This document shows positions 1 through 9,036 of a stretch of DNA of 43,895 bases, in pieces. This DNA is from Desulfobacterales bacterium (GTDB lineage Bacteria; Desulfobacterota; Desulfobacteria; Desulfobacterales; UBA11574). A program made the translations under genes and the position numbers. Location: positions 1-43,895 of the forward strand of contig JAQBBE010000147.1 of NCBI GenBank assembly GCA_032126435.1, given 5' to 3'. The notes under the pieces were generated by a model, which saw nothing but the letters and a program-made list of their open reading frames with translations, was not told where the DNA came from and did not search any database. Within the stretch, counting starts at the first letter, position 1; each line of letters begins with the position of its first letter.

Positions 1-265
1 TTTTAAAGTCGGTGCTTGAAACGTTGCGGTACGGACCGTTTGGGCAAATGTTTTGTTTTTTTTGGGTTTAATATTTTGAGAGATGGTTGAAAAACATTTG
101 TATTAAGGCTATAGTATTCAAAAGAAAATATTTAAGAAAAATCTAATTTTCACAGACAGTTTGCTTATTACAGATTAGAAAAAAGCTGATGAAGTGTCAA
201 GAAAAAAGCCTTCATCTCTCATTGGTTTTGCTGCGTATAAACGGAATTCAGACGGACTGAAAGAA

Positions 266-2707
266 ATGACAACGGTATCATCTTGTATAGAAGTCGCCAT
301 AGCCTTGCCGGTATACAGCACATATGTTTACAGCGTTCCAAAAAACCTGTTAGCGCTGGTTTCGACAGGGAAAAGAATTCTTGTTCCATTTGGCCGGCGC
401 AGAGTAACGGGATACATTCTGGGTGCATGCAAAAAAACGGATCAGGGGAAGATAAAAAATATTCTTGATATTTTTGATGAAGAGCCGCTTTTCCCTTCAA
501 GTATGATACATTTTTTCCGATGGACGGCTGATTACTACCTGCATCCCATCGGAGATGTCATCAAGAACGCACTCCCTGGCGGACTGAATGTTTTTGACGA
601 CCATATTGTTACCATTAAGACAAAAGGGGAACAAGTGCGGGCCGAAAATTCTGTTACACCTTTGGAAAGCGAGATTTTGAATCTGCTGACGGCAGCACCC
701 TTGCGCCTAAAAGAACTCCGAAAAAAACTCCATAAGCAAATCCCGAATGCCCTGATGTATGCCATGGAAGGTCAAGGGCTTATTGAGCATACGTGTAAGC
801 TTAAAGGTGGCACGACAAAGCCGAAGGTCGAACGGCATGTCGCGTTGACCGGTTCAAATATGCCTGTAGACGGTCTTTCCGATTCAAGAAAAAAAATCAT
901 TGGGATGATCGAAGCACAGGGTGAAATCTCGGTGAGAAAATTAAAGGCCGCGGTTCCGTCTGCCCCGAACTTAATCAAACATTTAGAAGCGGACGGTTAT
1001 ATTTCAATTTTTAATAAAAGAGTGTATCGCGATCCCTTGGGTGAAACCATCAGCTCGGACATCCCCCACAATCTCACCCAGGAACAGGCAACTGTAGTCT
1101 CCACCGTAATGGCATCTCTGTGTCAAAAATTTTCAGCCTACCTTTTAACCGGCGTGACCGGCAGCGGCAAGACCGAAGTTTACATGCAACTTGCGGCAAA
1201 GGCCATCAACGGCGGTTATTCCGTTTTAGTTCTGGTTCCTGAAATCGCCCTTATATCACAGATGGAGCGGCGTTTCCGGGCACGATTTGGTGAGCGCGTC
1301 GCCGTTCTTCACAGCGCACTTTCCCCCGGAGAACGCTATGATCAGTGGACCCGAATTGTCCGGGGTGAGGTCGCCATCGCCATTGGTGCCAGATCTGCCG
1401 TCTTTGCACCGTTTAAAAATATCGGAATTATCATCGTCGATGAAGAACATGACACATCCTACAAACAGGACAGTGGTTTGCGATACAATGCCAGAGATCT
1501 TGCCGTCGTAAGGGCAAAGCTTCAAAGCGGGGTTGTCCTTCTCGGATCCGCCACGCCGTCTCTACAGTCCTACTATAATGTTAATACGAATAAATTTAAG
1601 GAGGTTACACTAAAGAAACGTGTTGAAGAACGACCGCTTCCCAAGATAACAATGGTCGATCTGCGAAAAAATAGAGATGTCAGGGGAATCCGGCGCTTTA
1701 TTACGCCCGAACTCCACGAGGCCATGAAAACAACCCTTGCCCATGGCGAGCAGGTTCTCCTTTTTTTGAACCGCAGAGGCTTCGCCAGCTATCCGGTCTG
1801 CTCAGCCTGTGGTGAAGCCATGCAATGTAAAAACTGTGACATTTCTCTGACACTGCACCAAACGGCCAATGCATATAAATGTCATTACTGTGGTTTTACA
1901 CGGGCGGCGGTATCGAACTGCGAGACTTGCGGATCCTCAAAGATCACGCTGCTGGGACTCGGCACTGAAAAGATCGAATCTACGGTGAAGACCCTTTTCC
2001 CGGATGCCACCGTGGCCAGGATGGATCGTGATACCACCCGGAGAAAAGGATCGATCATCAAAATATTAAAAGGCCTGAGAAACCAAACCATTGATATTCT
2101 GGTGGGGACTCAGATGGTGGCCAAAGGACATGACTATCCGAACATTACTCTGGTGGGTATTATCTGTGCGGACCTTTCTCTCAACTTTCCGGACTTTCGC
2201 GCCGCAGAACGAACCTTTCAGCTTCTGGCCCAGGTCGCCGGACGTGCCGGGCGGGGGTCTGTACCCGGAAATGTAATCCTTCAAACCTATAACCCAAATC
2301 ATTCCAGTATCTTATATGCGACAGCTCAGGACTTTCAGGCCTTTTACAACGATGAGATCGGATTCCGTGAAAATCTAAATTATCCCCCATTTTCAAGGAT
2401 GGTCCAACTTAAAATTTCCGGGAAAAACAAGGAAAAAACCCGGCACCATGCCAAGGCGCTGGGAGACCTCTGCTTTGATTTAAAAAGAAGCGATCGATCC
2501 TTCTTGAGATCTTTGGAGATTTTAGGCCCCATTGAAGCGCCGATTCCAAAGATCGCCAAACACTACCGGTGGCAAATTTTTCTAAAAGGCCAAAACGTAA
2601 AACCGCTCCACAGGTTTCTTCATAAGATGTGGTTTGAGAACAGGGCCGCCATCCTAAACCGGGATGTCAAGGTTGTGCTGGACGTGGACCCGTTTTTTAT
2701 GACCTAA
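266..2707 (+). CDS. priA: Primosomal protein N' / replication-restart helicase PriA
   Basis: Long ORF 194..2707 with Walker A GVTGSGKT, DEEH box (IIIVDEEHD) and a Cys-rich zinc insert (CSACG..CKNC..CHYCG..CETCG). ATG 266 gives the usual PriA N-terminus (MTTV..VAIALPV..YSVP). GTG 194 is only the longest-ORF alternative. Confidence 0.93.
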   Translation: MTTVSSCIEVAIALPVYSTYVYSVPKNLLALVSTGKRILVPFGRRRVTGYILGACKKTDQGKIKNILDIFDEEPLFPSSMIHFFRWTADYYLHPIGDVIKNALPGGLNVFDDHIVTIKTKGEQVRAENSVTPLESEILNLLTAAPLRLKELRKKLHKQIPNALMYAMEGQGLIEHTCKLKGGTTKPKVERHVALTGSNMPVDGLSDSRKKIIGMIEAQGEISVRKLKAAVPSAPNLIKHLEADGYISIFNKRVYRDPLGETISSDIPHNLTQEQATVVSTVMASLCQKFSAYLLTGVTGSGKTEVYMQLAAKAINGGYSVLVLVPEIALISQMERRFRARFGERVAVLHSALSPGERYDQWTRIVRGEVAIAIGARSAVFAPFKNIGIIIVDEEHDTSYKQDSGLRYNARDLAVVRAKLQSGVVLLGSATPSLQSYYNVNTNKFKEVTLKKRVEERPLPKITMVDLRKNRDVRGIRRFITPELHEAMKTTLAHGEQVLLFLNRRGFASYPVCSACGEAMQCKNCDISLTLHQTANAYKCHYCGFTRAAVSNCETCGSSKITLLGLGTEKIESTVKTLFPDATVARMDRDTTRRKGSIIKILKGLRNQTIDILVGTQMVAKGHDYPNITLVGIICADLSLNFPDFRAAERTFQLLAQVAGRAGRGSVPGNVILQTYNPNHSSILYATAQDFQAFYNDEIGFRENLNYPPFSRMVQLKISGKNKEKTRHHAKALGDLCFDLKRSDRSFLRSLEILGPIEAPIPKIAKHYRWQIFLKGQNVKPLHRFLHKMWFENRAAILNRDVKVVLDVDPFFMT

Positions 2708-2881
2708 ATCCTGTATTCAGATACGGAACTTGCAAAATTTGGCACACTGTAGAAATGCGGTAACCTTGTAACATTTTTAACCCGGGTGAGATTATGGAAA
2801 AGACGGGCTGCCTGGCTTTTGCCGTGTCGATCCCGGCACAGGCCGAACAGAACGGGTCGGCTTAAAATAAAAAGATGCAAC

Positions 2882-2910
2882 TTGACATTCCAAAGGATGC
2901 AACTTAAATA
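2882..2910 (+). promoter_or_regulatory. Sigma70-type promoter candidate (TTGACA-N17-TAAATA) for the DUF1573 gene
   Basis: TTGACA at 2882-2887, a 17-nt spacer, then TAAATA at 2905-2910, about 97 nt upstream of ATG 3007. Two copies of GATGCAACTT overlap it. Confidence 0.45.
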
Positions 2911-3006
2911 AGCTGTTCATGCCCTGTGGGGTAACCGGATGATGGGGTCGAGAAGCGGATTTTTTAGACCATATTACAGCGTATTCTTTATAGGAATTTT
3001 TTTAAA

Positions 3007-3738
3007 ATGAAATTTAAAATCTGTGCTGCCTTTTTTCTACTGTTCTGCATGGTTTTTTCCCAAACCAGCGCTTTTGGCGTCTCAAAACAAACACCTCAAT
3101 CACCATCCGCCGTTATACCGGAAAGCCGTTTCACCTTTGCTCCGGTTACAGACGGCGTTGAAATAACACATGATTTTGTCATGCAAAACAAAGGAACCGC
3201 TGAGCTGAAGATTGAGAGCGTCAAAACCGGCTGAGGGTGTACCGCTGTCTCATACCCGAGACAGATCCCTGCCGGCGGCGAGGGAAAGATTGTCATTAAA
3301 GTCGATACATCGGGATACGGTGGAAGAACGCTCACCAAAACAATAACGGTCAAAACCAATACACCCGACCAACCCGTACTTCACCTGACCATTTCTGGTA
3401 ATGTTGAAAATTTTGTTACCATCGTCCCGAAGCGGGTCACTCTGCGCGGTTTTCCCGGCGATAAAATAACATCAACCGTAAAGATCATACCTGAAAAAAA
3501 GTATCCGTTCAAAATTTCAGACGTCACAGCTATTAATGGAAAATACATCCGTTATACGCTGGAAAAAAATAAATCCTCAGAAAAAATGGAATATGTTCTT
3601 ACGGTTGAAAACCTGAAAAATGATACGGGCCGCTTTTTCGATACCATCAAATTAACAACCGACAGCAAAATACGGCCGGAGATTAAAATCAATGTCTACG
3701 GTTATATCTCAGACCGGTCGGCAAACCCAAAAAAATAA
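3007..3738 (+). CDS. Secreted DUF1573-family protein with an in-frame TGA (candidate selenocysteine) at the first Cys of the CGCT motif
   Basis: Signal peptide MKFKICAAFFLLFCMVFSQTSAFG. The listed ORF stops at TGA 3232-3234, but the same frame stays open for 167 more codons to TAA 3736-3738. Read-through gives FTFAPVTDG..ITHDFVMQNKGTAELKIESVKTG-U-GCTAVSYPRQIPAGGEGKIVIKVD, which is the DUF1573 pattern (..SCGCT..) with TGA in place of the first Cys. Hairpins follow the TGA. Confidence 0.6.
3245..3285 (+). promoter_or_regulatory. Candidate SECIS region: two adjacent hairpins just 3' of the in-frame TGA
   Basis: Hairpin A is CTGTCTC(3245-3251)/GAGACAG(3258-3264) with loop ATACCC. Hairpin B spans 3266-3285 (TCCCTGCC..GGC(G)AGGGA) with a bulged G and apical loop GGC. 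The apical loops sit about 20 and 42 nt after the TGA. Neither is a textbook bacterial SECIS. Confidence 0.35.
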
Positions 3739-3739
3739 G

Positions 3740-4384
3740 ATGAAAAATATCAAAGTCGTTGCTTTCGATTGTGACGGCGTCATGTTCGACACAACAAAGG
3801 CAAACATTGCTTACTATAATCAGATATTGGACCATTTCGACCGGCCGACATTGACCCCCGATCAATTTGCTTACTGTCACAGCCATACTGCAGACCAGTC
3901 CATTGCATTCCTCTTTAATGACCCGGACGATATCCGGGCGGCCCAGAGTTATCGTAAAAATATGAGCTATCTCCCTTTTTTAAAATATATGACCATGGAA
4001 CCCAATTTAAAACAGCTACTTAAAACGCTCCGGCCAACATATAAAACCGCAGTTGCAACCAATCGATCGGACACCATGGACCGGGTTCTCAGCGAGCACG
4101 GCCTGGAAGGGTATTTTGACCTTGTGGTCAGTTCCATGGACGTGGAGCGTCCCAAACCTCACCCGGATCCGCTGATCAAGATTCTGGAATATTTTGGAAT
4201 AGAACCGAACAATGCGTTATATGTTGGGGATTCGAACCTCGACGAAATTGCGGCAAAAGCGGCAGGCGTGCCGTTTGTGGCGTATCAAAACAGATCCCTT
4301 TCCGCTGAGTTTCATATACACAGTTTGAAAGAAATCGCAAAGATCCTTGATTTAGAAATAGGGTGGCAGGAAGACGTCACATAA
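3740..4384 (+). CDS. HAD-superfamily hydrolase (phosphatase, PGP-like)
   Basis: DxDG motif at the N-terminus (MKNIKVVAFDCDGVMFDT), plus ATNR and GDSNLD motifs. ATG 3740 is preferred over ATG 3692, which overlaps the upstream gene. Confidence 0.85.
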   Translation: MKNIKVVAFDCDGVMFDTTKANIAYYNQILDHFDRPTLTPDQFAYCHSHTADQSIAFLFNDPDDIRAAQSYRKNMSYLPFLKYMTMEPNLKQLLKTLRPTYKTAVATNRSDTMDRVLSEHGLEGYFDLVVSSMDVERPKPHPDPLIKILEYFGIEPNNALYVGDSNLDEIAAKAAGVPFVAYQNRSLSAEFHIHSLKEIAKILDLEIGWQEDVT

Positions 4385-4444
4385 AACACATTGACTTCAA
4401 TGGATTGAAGAAAATCTGAGCCGCAAATCTATTATATCGGACGG

Positions 4445-4669
4445 CTATTGGTTGCCGAGACCATTGTTTTCACCGCAGTCCGGGCATTCCCAGGTTATTC
4501 CGTTGCAAGACATCCCCCAGAAATTTTCCAACATGCATTTCTGACAAATAGCAAAGCCGCAACGGCATCTCCAGCAGAAAGGTGGTTTCTCCCTGCAGCA
4601 GTGGCAGCCGCTTTGTCTGGCAATGCGCCGTTTTTCTCTATAAGATGTTCTTTTTACAGAGCCGGTCAT
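4445..4669 (-). CDS. Small Cys-rich (zinc-ribbon-like) protein, hypothetical
   Basis: 74-aa ORF with 13 Cys arranged as CxCC..CxxCxC..CxxC..CxxC. Its start overlaps the 3' end of the upstream CoA-binding gene by 32 nt. No family recognised. Confidence 0.4.
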   Translation of the reverse strand: MTGSVKRTSYREKRRIARQSGCHCCREKPPFCWRCRCGFAICQKCMLENFWGMSCNGITWECPDCGENNGLGNQ

Positions 4670-5072
4670 GTTCGATCTTTATGCATTTGTTCATCACCAC
4701 ATCGACGCCTGCTTCTGTTAAAAATGCTGCTGCTTCCGGGTTTTCGATGTTCAGCTGCATCCAGAAGACCTTCGGCGACAGGCGGACGGCTTCACGGGCA
4801 TGGGGCACAATCTGTGCGGGATTTCTGAATACGTCCACAATATCCACTTTTTCCTGGATATCATCCAGTGTGGCATAGGCCTTTTCCCCCAGAATTTCTT
4901 TTTGGCCGGGCCGGACCGGGATTATCCTGTATCCTTGATTTTTGAGATATTTTGCGACCTTATTGGAGTCCCTTTCGGGTCTGGGGCTTAAACCCACAAT
5001 GGCAATGGTCTTTGCATTTTCGAGTCTGCTTTTGATTTCATCATCTTCGGTAATTATCTTGCCGGGTTTCAT
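4638..5072 (-). CDS. CoA-binding domain protein (YccU/YneT-like)
   Basis: 144 aa with IAIVGLSPRPERDSNKVAKYL..GYRIIPVRP..VDVFR, typical of the single-domain CoA-binding Rossmann family. Confidence 0.85.
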   Translation of the reverse strand: MKPGKIITEDDEIKSRLENAKTIAIVGLSPRPERDSNKVAKYLKNQGYRIIPVRPGQKEILGEKAYATLDDIQEKVDIVDVFRNPAQIVPHAREAVRLSPKVFWMQLNIENPEAAAFLTEAGVDVVMNKCIKIEHDRLCKKNIL

Positions 5073-5229
5073 GGTATAATTCCTTAAGCGATCTTGCTGT
5101 TTTACTGAATTAGTGATAGGAACAGAATGGTCAACGACATATTATGGTAGAAAATTAACGCAACAAAAGAGCCATGTCAACCGGTACCGAGCCGGAACGA
5201 ACGCAGCCTGCAACACTATCTGAATCCAT

Positions 5230-7908
5230 ATGAAAAATGACAGAACAGTATATCTTATAGACGGCAGTGCATATATTTACCGTGCCTACCACGCCATACG
5301 GGGGTTGAGCAATTCAAAGGGATTTCCAACAAATGCAGCGTTCGGGTTCACCCGAATGTTAATAAAACTCATTGAAGATCGGTCCCCGGAGTATGTGGCG
5401 ATGTTTTTTGATGCCAAGGGGCCCACCTTCCGGCACGAAATATACCCGGACTACAAAGCCAATCGTCCCCCCATGCCTGAAGACTTGTCGGTTCAAGTCC
5501 CCTTCATAAAGGAAATCACCCATGGATTCAACATCCCGGTTATGGAAATGCAAGGCTTTGAGGCGGATGATCTTATCGGCACGTTTAGACAACGGGCGGA
5601 AGCGGCCGGATTTTCGGTTGTAATGGTCACCGGGGACAAAGATTTCGTGCAGCTGGTCACCGATACGGCCATTATCTGGGACCCCATGAAAGAAAAAATC
5701 ATCGATTTAGAAGGCGTTAGAAACTCTTTTGGTGTTGAGCCCGAACAAATGATCGACGTTATGGCGCTTTCCGGCGATTCGTCGGACAATATCCCCGGCG
5801 TTCCCGGCATCGGATCCAAAACCGCCCTGTCTTTGATTCAAACCTATGGAAACATTGAGCATCTTTATGACCAAATCGACACGATTACCAAGAAAAAACA
5901 GCATCAAAATCTTGTTCGATACAAAAACCAGGCTTTTTTGAGCAAAAAACTCGTTAAAATCGATACGGATGTGCCGGTTCCATTTAATCCTGAAAGCTTA
6001 AAATTCGAACCACCGGACAATAGCAGGCTGTCCGGCCTTTTTAAAACGCTGGAATTCAGGCAATTGCAGCAAGCCTTCCCTCAACAGACCGATCTTTCAA
6101 ATAAAAATTACTGTCCGATATTTGACATGCCGGCACTATCTGATCTGATCGTTCGCCTGGAAACAACCGAAATATTCGCCGTCGACACCGAAACCACCTC
6201 AAAAAATCCGATGCGGGCACGGATCGTGGGTCTCTCCTTTTCTATTAAGGCTCATGAGGCGTTTTACATTCCCTGTGCCCATAATTATCCGGATGCACCC
6301 GCACAGCTCGAACTTAAAGAAGTATTGAAACAGTTGAAACCGGTGCTGGAAAATCCTAAGATTAAAAAAGTCGGTCAAAATATAAAATATGACTGGATGG
6401 TCCTTAAACGACACGGAATACACCTGGCCGGCGTTATCTTCGACACCATGTTGGCATCCTATCTGATCGACCCTTCAAAACGTGCCCACAACCTGGATCA
6501 GATTGCCCTCGATTTTCTGGATCACAAAACAATTACCTACGAAGACGTTGCAGGCAAAGGCAAAAAGAGCATGTGTTTTGCAGAAATTCCCATTGAAAAG
6601 GCTGCTCCCTATTCTTGCGAAGATGCAGATGTTACATTAGCGGCCTATCATGTTCTGATGCCGAAAATCAAAGCCGCCGGTTTGATGGATCTGTTTGAAA
6701 ACGTCGAAATGCCCCTGGTACCTGTTTTGATGAAGATGGAAATGACCGGCATATGTGTTGACCGGGAAAAGCTCCAGGATCTCTCAAAATCGTTTGAACA
6801 CCAGCTCGAGTTGCTCGAAGAAATGATATATTCAATGGCCGGTGAAGAATTTAATATAAAATCGACCCAGCAGCTTGGAACGATACTGTTTGAAAAACTT
6901 AACCTGCCGGTTCAAAAAAAGACCAAGAAAAAGACCGGATATTCAACGGATGTTAACGTGTTGACATCCCTTGCAGACAAGCATGAACTTCCTGAACTTA
7001 TTTTAAGACACAGAACCCTTGCCAAGCTGAAATCGACCTATACGGATGCCCTGCTCAATCTCTTTCATCCGGAAACCGGAAGAATTCATACCTCCTACAA
7101 TCAAACGGTGACCGCCACCGGAAGATTGAGCAGCTCTGATCCGAACCTGCAGAATATACCCATCCGAACGGAAGAGGGGATAGAAATTCGCAAAGCATTT
7201 GTTCCCAGAAAGGGGTGGACGCTGGTTTCCGCAGATTATTCCCAGATTGAACTCCGTATCCTGGCCCATTATGCCGATGATGAAATTTTGATTCAAGCTT
7301 TCAAAGTTGATGAGGACATTCACACACGAACGGCAACTGAGGTGTTCCAGGTCTTTCCGTCGTTTATAACGCCGGAATTGCGACGGCAGGCCAAAGTGAT
7401 TAATTTCGGTATTGTATATGGTATGAGTCCTTACGGCCTTTCCAAAGAGCTGGGCATCAGCCGTAAAATGGCCAAAACCTATATCGACAATTATTTCTCC
7501 AGATATAAAGGTGTGAAAAGGTTTATCGACCAGACCATCGAAGACGCCAGAAAGACCCAAAGAACCAGTACCCTTCTGGGTCGCATCAGACTTCTGCCGG
7601 ATATCAACAGCCCCAACAAAACGGTCCGGGAGTTTGCAGAACGTACCGCCATCAATACGCCGGTGCAGGGGACAGCCGCCGACCTTATAAAACTGGCCAT
7701 GATCCATGTGGATGCCGCCTTCGGGGAAAAAGGCTTTAAAAGTGCGATGCTCCTTTCAGTGCATGATGAAATCGTGTTTGAAGTCCCTCCTGAAGAGCTC
7801 GAACCCGTTAAAAATCTTGTGAAAAAAACCATGGAAGAGATCTGGGACCTCAAGGTGCCTCTGAAGGTGAATGTGGTATCGGGCAGTAATTGGGCTGAAG
7901 CCCACTAA
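5230..7908 (+). CDS. polA: DNA polymerase I
   Basis: 892 aa. 5'-nuclease N-terminus (YLIDGSAYIYRAYHA), 3'-5' exonuclease (FAVDTETTS), polymerase motifs A (DYSQIELRILAH), B (RRQAKVINFGIVYG) and C (SVHDEIVFE). Confidence 0.97.
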   Translation: MKNDRTVYLIDGSAYIYRAYHAIRGLSNSKGFPTNAAFGFTRMLIKLIEDRSPEYVAMFFDAKGPTFRHEIYPDYKANRPPMPEDLSVQVPFIKEITHGFNIPVMEMQGFEADDLIGTFRQRAEAAGFSVVMVTGDKDFVQLVTDTAIIWDPMKEKIIDLEGVRNSFGVEPEQMIDVMALSGDSSDNIPGVPGIGSKTALSLIQTYGNIEHLYDQIDTITKKKQHQNLVRYKNQAFLSKKLVKIDTDVPVPFNPESLKFEPPDNSRLSGLFKTLEFRQLQQAFPQQTDLSNKNYCPIFDMPALSDLIVRLETTEIFAVDTETTSKNPMRARIVGLSFSIKAHEAFYIPCAHNYPDAPAQLELKEVLKQLKPVLENPKIKKVGQNIKYDWMVLKRHGIHLAGVIFDTMLASYLIDPSKRAHNLDQIALDFLDHKTITYEDVAGKGKKSMCFAEIPIEKAAPYSCEDADVTLAAYHVLMPKIKAAGLMDLFENVEMPLVPVLMKMEMTGICVDREKLQDLSKSFEHQLELLEEMIYSMAGEEFNIKSTQQLGTILFEKLNLPVQKKTKKKTGYSTDVNVLTSLADKHELPELILRHRTLAKLKSTYTDALLNLFHPETGRIHTSYNQTVTATGRLSSSDPNLQNIPIRTEEGIEIRKAFVPRKGWTLVSADYSQIELRILAHYADDEILIQAFKVDEDIHTRTATEVFQVFPSFITPELRRQAKVINFGIVYGMSPYGLSKELGISRKMAKTYIDNYFSRYKGVKRFIDQTIEDARKTQRTSTLLGRIRLLPDINSPNKTVREFAERTAINTPVQGTAADLIKLAMIHVDAAFGEKGFKSAMLLSVHDEIVFEVPPEELEPVKNLVKKTMEEIWDLKVPLKVNVVSGSNWAEAH

Positions 7909-7958
7909 CCCGGATCTCTCATTAAACACTTATTCGATTTTTTCGAAACCGTCACCGA

Positions 7959-8132
7959 TTATTCTTCGGATTTTTCAGGAGTTTCTTCCAAACCTTTCAC
8001 TGTTTCTTCCACAGTTTGGTAGATAGACTTGAATGTCTCGTTAAAACCGGCGGGGCCCAACCTTCCGGTTTCGATGAATTTTATGACGATTTCTTTGGTG
8101 GATCTGAGAATCAGCTCATCGAGGGAACTCAT
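7959..8132 (-). CDS. Small conserved-looking hypothetical protein
   Basis: 57-60 aa ORF (MSSLDELILRSTKEIVIKFIETGRL..). AAGGTG lies 6 nt before ATG 8132. GTG 8141 is the longest alternative. Confidence 0.5.
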   Translation of the reverse strand: MSSLDELILRSTKEIVIKFIETGRLGPAGFNETFKSIYQTVEETVKGLEETPEKSEE

Positions 8133-8271
8133 TAGCGTCACCTTTTTGTTAGGAGTTTTTATAATAAAATTGATCCGTTAACAGAAAAAACCTTCGATGT
8201 CAAGATTCTCTCTAACCGCCTTGTCCCCGGCAGTTAAAAATAAGGTTCTTCTCCAATATAGTTGGAGAAAA

Positions 8272-8521
8272 GGGGTCGAGGAGTCAAGGGGTCAAGGAGT
8301 CTGCAGTTGTCTTCCTGCCATATCCTTCTGCGATATTTGAAGGAATCAATACGGCGGCCCTTCTGATCTGAGATGTCAGACCCTATCTTTCTTTTTTTAA
8401 AATTTTTTTGTTATTATAGAAAGATCCAAACAGAGCCTGTACGATTTTTGCCAAACTTTCAGCTCTCTGTAATTCTTAAGCATTTCACTCGAATCCTTGG
8501 ACCCTTGACCCCTTGAATCCT
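8272..8521. repeat. Imperfect inverted repeat built from GTCAAGG units, flanking about 200 nt of AT-rich spacer
   Basis: GGAGTCAAGGGGTCAAGG at 8280-8297 matches the reverse complement of CCTTGACCCCTTGAATCC at 8503-8520 (17/18). Each arm is internally repetitive (GTCGAGG/GTCAAGG). Confidence 0.5.
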
Positions 8522-8572
8522 TTCAAAATAATCGATTCTTTTGGAGATGATTCAAAAATAATAAGGGTTTAT

Positions 8573-8601
8573 TTGACACCAACCGTTTTCTTAATTATTA
8601 A
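8573..8601 (+). promoter_or_regulatory. Sigma70-type promoter candidate for queF (TTGACA-N17-TATTAA)
   Basis: TTGACA at 8573-8578, a 17-nt spacer, TATTAA at 8596-8601, 27 nt before ATG 8629. GGAG RBS at about 8618. Confidence 0.5.
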
Positions 8602-8628
8602 AAGGATGAAATATACTGGAGCAAAAAA

Positions 8629-9036
8629 ATGACACCGACCTTTGAAAAGAATTTAAAATACAATATTGAAAGTCCGGACATTGTAAAGACCGACGTTTTG
8701 ACCCCCATCGAATATCAATATCGATCCCGAAGAGACGTTGATATCGTCATCCGACAACCGGAATATACATCGGTATGTCCCATGACCGGCTTGCCCGACA
8801 TAGGGTGCATAACCATTAAGTACCGGCCGGACGAGAAAATCGTTGAATTGAAATCCTTGAAATTTTATCTGTTGCAGTACCGGAATGTCGGTATTTTTTA
8901 TGAGCATGTGGTCAACCGGATTCTCGATGATCTTGTTGCCGTTCTGGCACCCAAATTTATGGAGGTTACCGGGGATTTTACAGCCAGAGGCGGAATCACG
9001 GCCAGAGTTACGGCGGTGTTCGAAGGGAATAAATAA
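8629..9036 (+). CDS. queF: NADPH-dependent 7-cyano-7-deazaguanine (preQ0) reductase, type I QueF
   Basis: 135 aa with YTSVCPMTGLPDIG (catalytic Cys) and ELKSLKFYLLQYRN (QueF motif). Confidence 0.93.
   Translation: MTPTFEKNLKYNIESPDIVKTDVLTPIEYQYRSRRDVDIVIRQPEYTSVCPMTGLPDIGCITIKYRPDEKIVELKSLKFYLLQYRNVGIFYEHVVNRILDDLVAVLAPKFMEVTGDFTARGGITARVTAVFEGNK

Noticed and set aside
194-265. GTG 194 as the priA start (longest ORF).
   Set aside because: The added 24 residues are basic and non-conserved-looking. ATG 266 yields the usual PriA N-terminus. The start remains unverified without alignment.
7003-7707. Long antisense ORFs inside well-supported genes. Examples: 7003..7707(-) in polA, 14990..15634(-) in the EF-G paralog, 10543..11115(+) opposite the RR-cyclase, 20507..21163(-), 21132..21710(-), 29478..30161(+), 32380..33393(+), 37388..38020(-), 39014..39535(-), 41438..41965(-), 42155..42718(-).
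   Set aside because: Each lies fully opposite a gene with clear family motifs. Each has low-complexity, Arg/Ser/Gly-rich or otherwise unprotein-like translations and no RBS. They are typical shadow ORFs.
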